From NCBI GenBank assembly GCA_040382515.1, contig JBEIFH010000033.1:1-10264 (forward strand): a DNA stretch of 10,264 bases, written 5' to 3'. The number at the start of each line of letters is the position of its first letter. Position 1 is the first letter of the stretch. This stretch comes from Chlamydiia bacterium (GTDB taxonomy: Bacteria; Chlamydiota; Chlamydiia; Chlamydiales; RGXB01). The notes beneath the pieces were generated by a model, which was not told the DNA's origin, searched no databases, and saw nothing but the letters and a program-made list of their open reading frames with translations. Of the stretch, positions 7,201-10,264 are shown piece after piece. A program made the translations under genes and the position numbers.

Positions 7201-7972
7201 TCTTCTTGCACTCTGTCTATTTTTTTTTCCTCTTTACGGAATGAGCCAAACAAACTTAAGAAAGGGAAAAAATCTTGTTTTGCTCTTCTCATCCGAAGAG
7301 GGATTGAGAGAAAAGATCTTTAAAAATTTTTGGCTCAAGATGCTGGATGCCGAATCCGACGATTTTGACTATGTATTCATAAAAAAAAATCGGGACTTGG
7401 AGGGGGAAGCGGGTGTATTTTCGGATAAATACCTATCCGATAGCCCGATTGGAGCCTCTTTGAAAAGAGAGGTTAATTTGCATAGCGTTTTAAAAAATAT
7501 CGGCCCGCAGCTTGACGCATACGATTACGTGATAAAAGTTGAACTGGATACTATCCTGATTTTCTCAAGACTAAAGAAAATCCTCGAGAAATCTCCCTTG
7601 GAAAAACTTTACCTTGGAAATGTTTCTTTTAAAAAGTTCGGTCTTGATACAATCCCGTATGTCCATGGCGCGTGTATGATTTTTTCTAAGGATCTAGCAA
7701 AGCTATACTTGGAACAAGATAGGTTTACAGGGGATTTTGAAGAGGAGGGATGTGATGAGGACTGTTTTTTCGGAAGGTGGATGCATGTTCATGATATCAG
7801 ACCTGTTCCTATTCCAAGTTTACGTTTAGACAATTATTACAAACCGATTAGATTTTATAAAACTTTACCTGAGTTTTTTTTTGAATTTAATATTCAAATG
7901 ACTTTAAGAAAAAAATCGCGTTATTATTATGAAAAATGTTTTGCTGAAGAACTTTTAGAAATTTTTTCCTGA
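7181..7972 (+). CDS. GT31/Fringe-like glycosyltransferase, paralog 2
   Basis: Start at ATG 7181 or 7193 (ATGAATAA overlapping the upstream stop). Leader NNLLALCLFFFPLYG. Motifs KNLVLLFSS, YDYVIKVELDT, LYLG, HGACMIFSKDLA and DEDCFFG are co-linear with 6394..7200. Confidence 0.62.
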   Translation: MKSIMNNLLALCLFFFPLYGMSQTNLRKGKNLVLLFSSEEGLREKIFKNFWLKMLDAESDDFDYVFIKKNRDLEGEAGVFSDKYLSDSPIGASLKREVNLHSVLKNIGPQLDAYDYVIKVELDTILIFSRLKKILEKSPLEKLYLGNVSFKKFGLDTIPYVHGACMIFSKDLAKLYLEQDRFTGDFEEEGCDEDCFFGRWMHVHDIRPVPIPSLRLDNYYKPIRFYKTLPEFFFEFNIQMTLRKKSRYYYEKCFAEELLEIFS

Positions 7973-8029
7973 AATAGATATAAAAATTAAACTAAATAAA
8001 AATAATGCCCTTACTTCTTTTGAAGAAAA

Positions 8030-8866
8030 ACGTTTAAGCGTTCTAGAAAAATAATTTTATTCATAGCTTTATTCTTTTTTATCCCGTTGTTGCTAGGGGC
8101 TAAAATTGCGGGTGTAACCTTGGTTGTCGGCGACTCCTACAAAAAGACTATGGAGATCCCTTAAAAAAACAAATTTCTTTACTGCGAAAAATTCTTCTAT
8201 GATCTTTTTGTGGGGGATAAAAGAACACATGATCGGGAGTTTTTTCAGTGGGAAAAAATAAAAATTCTGTCAAAAATCATGGAAGACATCTCCTATGACT
8301 GGGTTTTTGGACCGATGCAGATGCGATGTTTATGAATTTTTCGATTGCTCTAGAGCAGTTCATAGACGACGATGCTCTTCTCATTATTTCAAATGATTAC
8401 AAAGGTTGAACAACGGTCACTTTTTGATTAAAAATTTTCCCGAATCAAGAGATTTTATGAAAAATGTGTGGAACAGAGTCGATTGCATTCGGGGGGTAAT
8501 GAGGAGCAGGTAGCTATGGAAAAAGAGATTTTTTAAAATCCTCTATTTTCAAAAAAAACCAAGTTTATTCCGCAGATGATGGTCAACTCTTTTTCAAAAG
8601 AGAGTTTTCACCATTTCAGTGTCTGTTATGAAAAAGGGCTCTACCAACCAAAAGATTTCATCGTCCATCTTGTAGGTTTGCACGATCCGGTTTTTTTGAC
8701 TGAGAAATTTGCCTTTTTTGAAAAACAGGTGGAATCGTCCCCTTTGGATTATCTCCATTTTCTCTCCTTTTACGGCAAAAAAAAGCGGGTTAAAAATAAC
8801 CCTTATGTCACCAGTTTTTTAGAAAATCAATGCCCGGAAATTATTGGATCTACACCAGATACTTGA
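8030..8866 (+). pseudogene. Disrupted GT34 (GMA12/MNN10-like galactosyl/mannosyl-transferase) gene
   Basis: Reconstructed across frames: (T)FKRSRKIILFIALFFFIPLLLGAKIAGVTLVVGDSYKKTMEIP*KNKFLYCEK..YD..WEKIKIL..YDWVF/WTDADAMFMN..IISNDYKG/LNNGHFLIKN..W..RG/GNEEQVAM..IF*NP..IPQMMVNSF..YQPKDFIVHLVG. It has the GT34 hallmarks WxK, WxDxD, LNxGxFxxxN, EQ and DFxxH. Lesions: TAA 8162, -1 at T5 8304-8308, -1 at about 8405, -1 at G6 8491-8496, TAA 8534. Confidence 0.82.
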
Positions 8867-9233
8867 AGGGGTAGAGGAGATCTATTTTTTACAAAAGGAT
8901 CTTGGTTTCCTGGCAGGTGTTATGCAGCCTTTTTTGAAAGAAACTATCTTTTATATTTTAGAGGAATTGATAGCACCTCATCCATAATTTCCGACTATTT
9001 TCGACTTAAAAAAACAAAACAAACTTTGAAAGGTTTTACTGGGTTTGAGGGCTTGGCGCCCTGCTGAAGTCAAAAAAGAAAAAACTGATTTTTTGTCTGG
9101 ATGAGAGGCATTTCATATAAAAATTCCCCTTCTTTGAAGGGTCTCTTAAAGAAAGAAATTTGAAGATCATTTTTACATCTAAAAATAAAAAACGGGAGTT
9201 AGACCTGTTTTTTTCAAAAAAAAATATACCGGT

Positions 9234-9263
9234 AAAAATCTACCCCCTTGAGAAGGGGGAGAT
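9234..9263 (-). terminator. Intrinsic terminator of uvrD
   Basis: ATCT-a-CCCCCTT-gag-AAGGGGG-AGAT hairpin (9238-9263) 12 nt past the uvrD stop. The A-run at 9234-9238 gives a U-tract on the - strand. Confidence 0.65.
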
Positions 9264-9275
9264 GTATTTCGTCGT

Positions 9276-10264
9276 TTAAAAGGGCCGTTTTTTGATTTCC
9301 AGATGTGCAAAAGGGAGCTCTTCAAAAAAGCGACTCTTTTTCATGGGCCTCGAGGTTCCCCATAAGAAGCGATAGGCTGTGAAGGTAAGGGTGAGCTTGC
9401 GCTCAGCGCGGGTCATTCCTACGTAGAGCAGACGCCGCTCCTCTTCCAAATCAGGAAGTTCAAGCTTCGAATTGATGTGGGGCAGGATATCCTCTTCCAG
9501 ACCGCATATGTAACATGTGTGGAACTCAAGCCCTTTAGAATTGTGGAGCGTCATTAAAAATAGTTTCGGGTCCATGGAGTGCGCCTCATCAAAACTTTGA
9601 CGTAAAGAGAGCTCTTCGAGGAATTGCACCACAGTCAGTTCCGGATTTTCCTCTTCCCACTCAATAGCTTTTGCAATTAAAGCTTCCACGTTCTCTTTTC
9701 TATCTTGGTAGGTCTCTTTGTCCTCTTTGAGATAGTCAAGGTAGGATGTTTCCTTCAATATTTTCTGCAATTTTTGCGCAATTGAGGAGATTCCCCCCGC
9801 ACTATTCAGGATATAGGTAAATTTATCCAGTTCTTGCTTTTGTTTCGAAGAAAGGGGGAGATTGCGTGTATCTTCGAGAATTGTAGCAAAGGGGAGCATG
9901 CTTTGATTCTGGAATTCTTTGATCTTTTCAAAAGCGGCATTTCCAATTCCCCTTTTTGGGACATTGATCACCCTTTGAAAAGCAATGAAGTCATTTTTGG
10001 AAACTGTGAGCCGAAGGTAAGAGAGCAGGTCTTTTACCTCTCTTCGTTCGTAGAAGGAGAGACCCCCAACTATAGTGTAGGGGATGCGCTCTTTCAAAAG
10101 GGCATCCTCCAGGCTCCTGGATTGGGCATTAGTTCTATACAAAAGGGCAATAGTAGAAGGGTCTTGTCCCCGATCGATCGCATAGCTTACATCGCGAGCT
10201 ATAAATTGCGCCTCCTCCCTTTCATCAAAAAAAGGGCGCACCTGGATTTTTTCCCCATCCCCCA
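9276..10264 (-). CDS. uvrD: UvrD/PcrA superfamily 1 DNA helicase, C-terminal part (5' end outside window)
   Basis: ALLYRTNAQSR, GGLSFYERREVKD, NVPKRGIG, LMTLHNSKGLEF (motif V) and EEERRLLYVGMTRA (motif VI). The frame stays open from 10241 to the window edge. Confidence 0.95.
   Translation of the reverse strand, partial: GDGEKIQVRPFFDEREEAQFIARDVSYAIDRGQDPSTIALLYRTNAQSRSLEDALLKERIPYTIVGGLSFYERREVKDLLSYLRLTVSKNDFIAFQRVINVPKRGIGNAAFEKIKEFQNQSMLPFATILEDTRNLPLSSKQKQELDKFTYILNSAGGISSIAQKLQKILKETSYLDYLKEDKETYQDRKENVEALIAKAIEWEEENPELTVVQFLEELSLRQSFDEAHSMDPKLFLMTLHNSKGLEFHTCYICGLEEDILPHINSKLELPDLEEERRLLYVGMTRAERKLTLTFTAYRFLWGTSRPMKKSRFFEELPFAHLEIKKRPF

Noticed and set aside
8162..8536. Stop-codon reassignment or programmed frameshifting to rescue the GT34 gene
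   Set aside because: TAA and TGA terminate the other genes normally, and five separate lesions plus a lost start are too many for recoding.
8576..8866. Stand-alone 96-aa gene
   Set aside because: It is the C-terminal fragment of the disrupted GT34 gene. The upstream motifs continue in shifted frames.
8867..9275. CRISPR array, IS element or structured ncRNA in the long gap before uvrD
   Set aside because: No regularly spaced direct repeats, terminal inverted repeats or transposase remnants are visible, only short palindromes and probable pseudogene debris.

Overview
AT-rich bacterial DNA, tentatively from an environmental Chlamydiae-like lineage (inferred from the style of the UvrD and the gene families, not verified). 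It holds a glycan-biosynthesis/modification locus next to a UvrD/PcrA helicase. On the + strand are the 3' end of an upstream gene, a degenerate GT2-like protein, two paralogous five-bladed beta-propeller proteins (EDPR/EKNW motifs, GH130/GT91-like) flanking a GT4 glycosyltransferase, and a degenerate SAM-methyltransferase-like protein. A convergent UDP-glucose 6-dehydrogenase (ugd) lies on the - strand. Divergent from ugd are two GT31/Fringe-like paralogs and an unannotated, multiply disrupted GT34 (MNN10/GMA12-like) pseudogene. The window ends with the 3' part of uvrD on the - strand. The most striking pattern is that essentially every glyco-enzyme, even the normally cytoplasmic NAD-dependent Ugd, starts with a hydrophobic signal-peptide/anchor-like leader, and several families are best known from the eukaryotic Golgi. 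This suggests an exported or membrane-tethered glycosylation system. All family calls come from motif recognition by eye; no searches were run.
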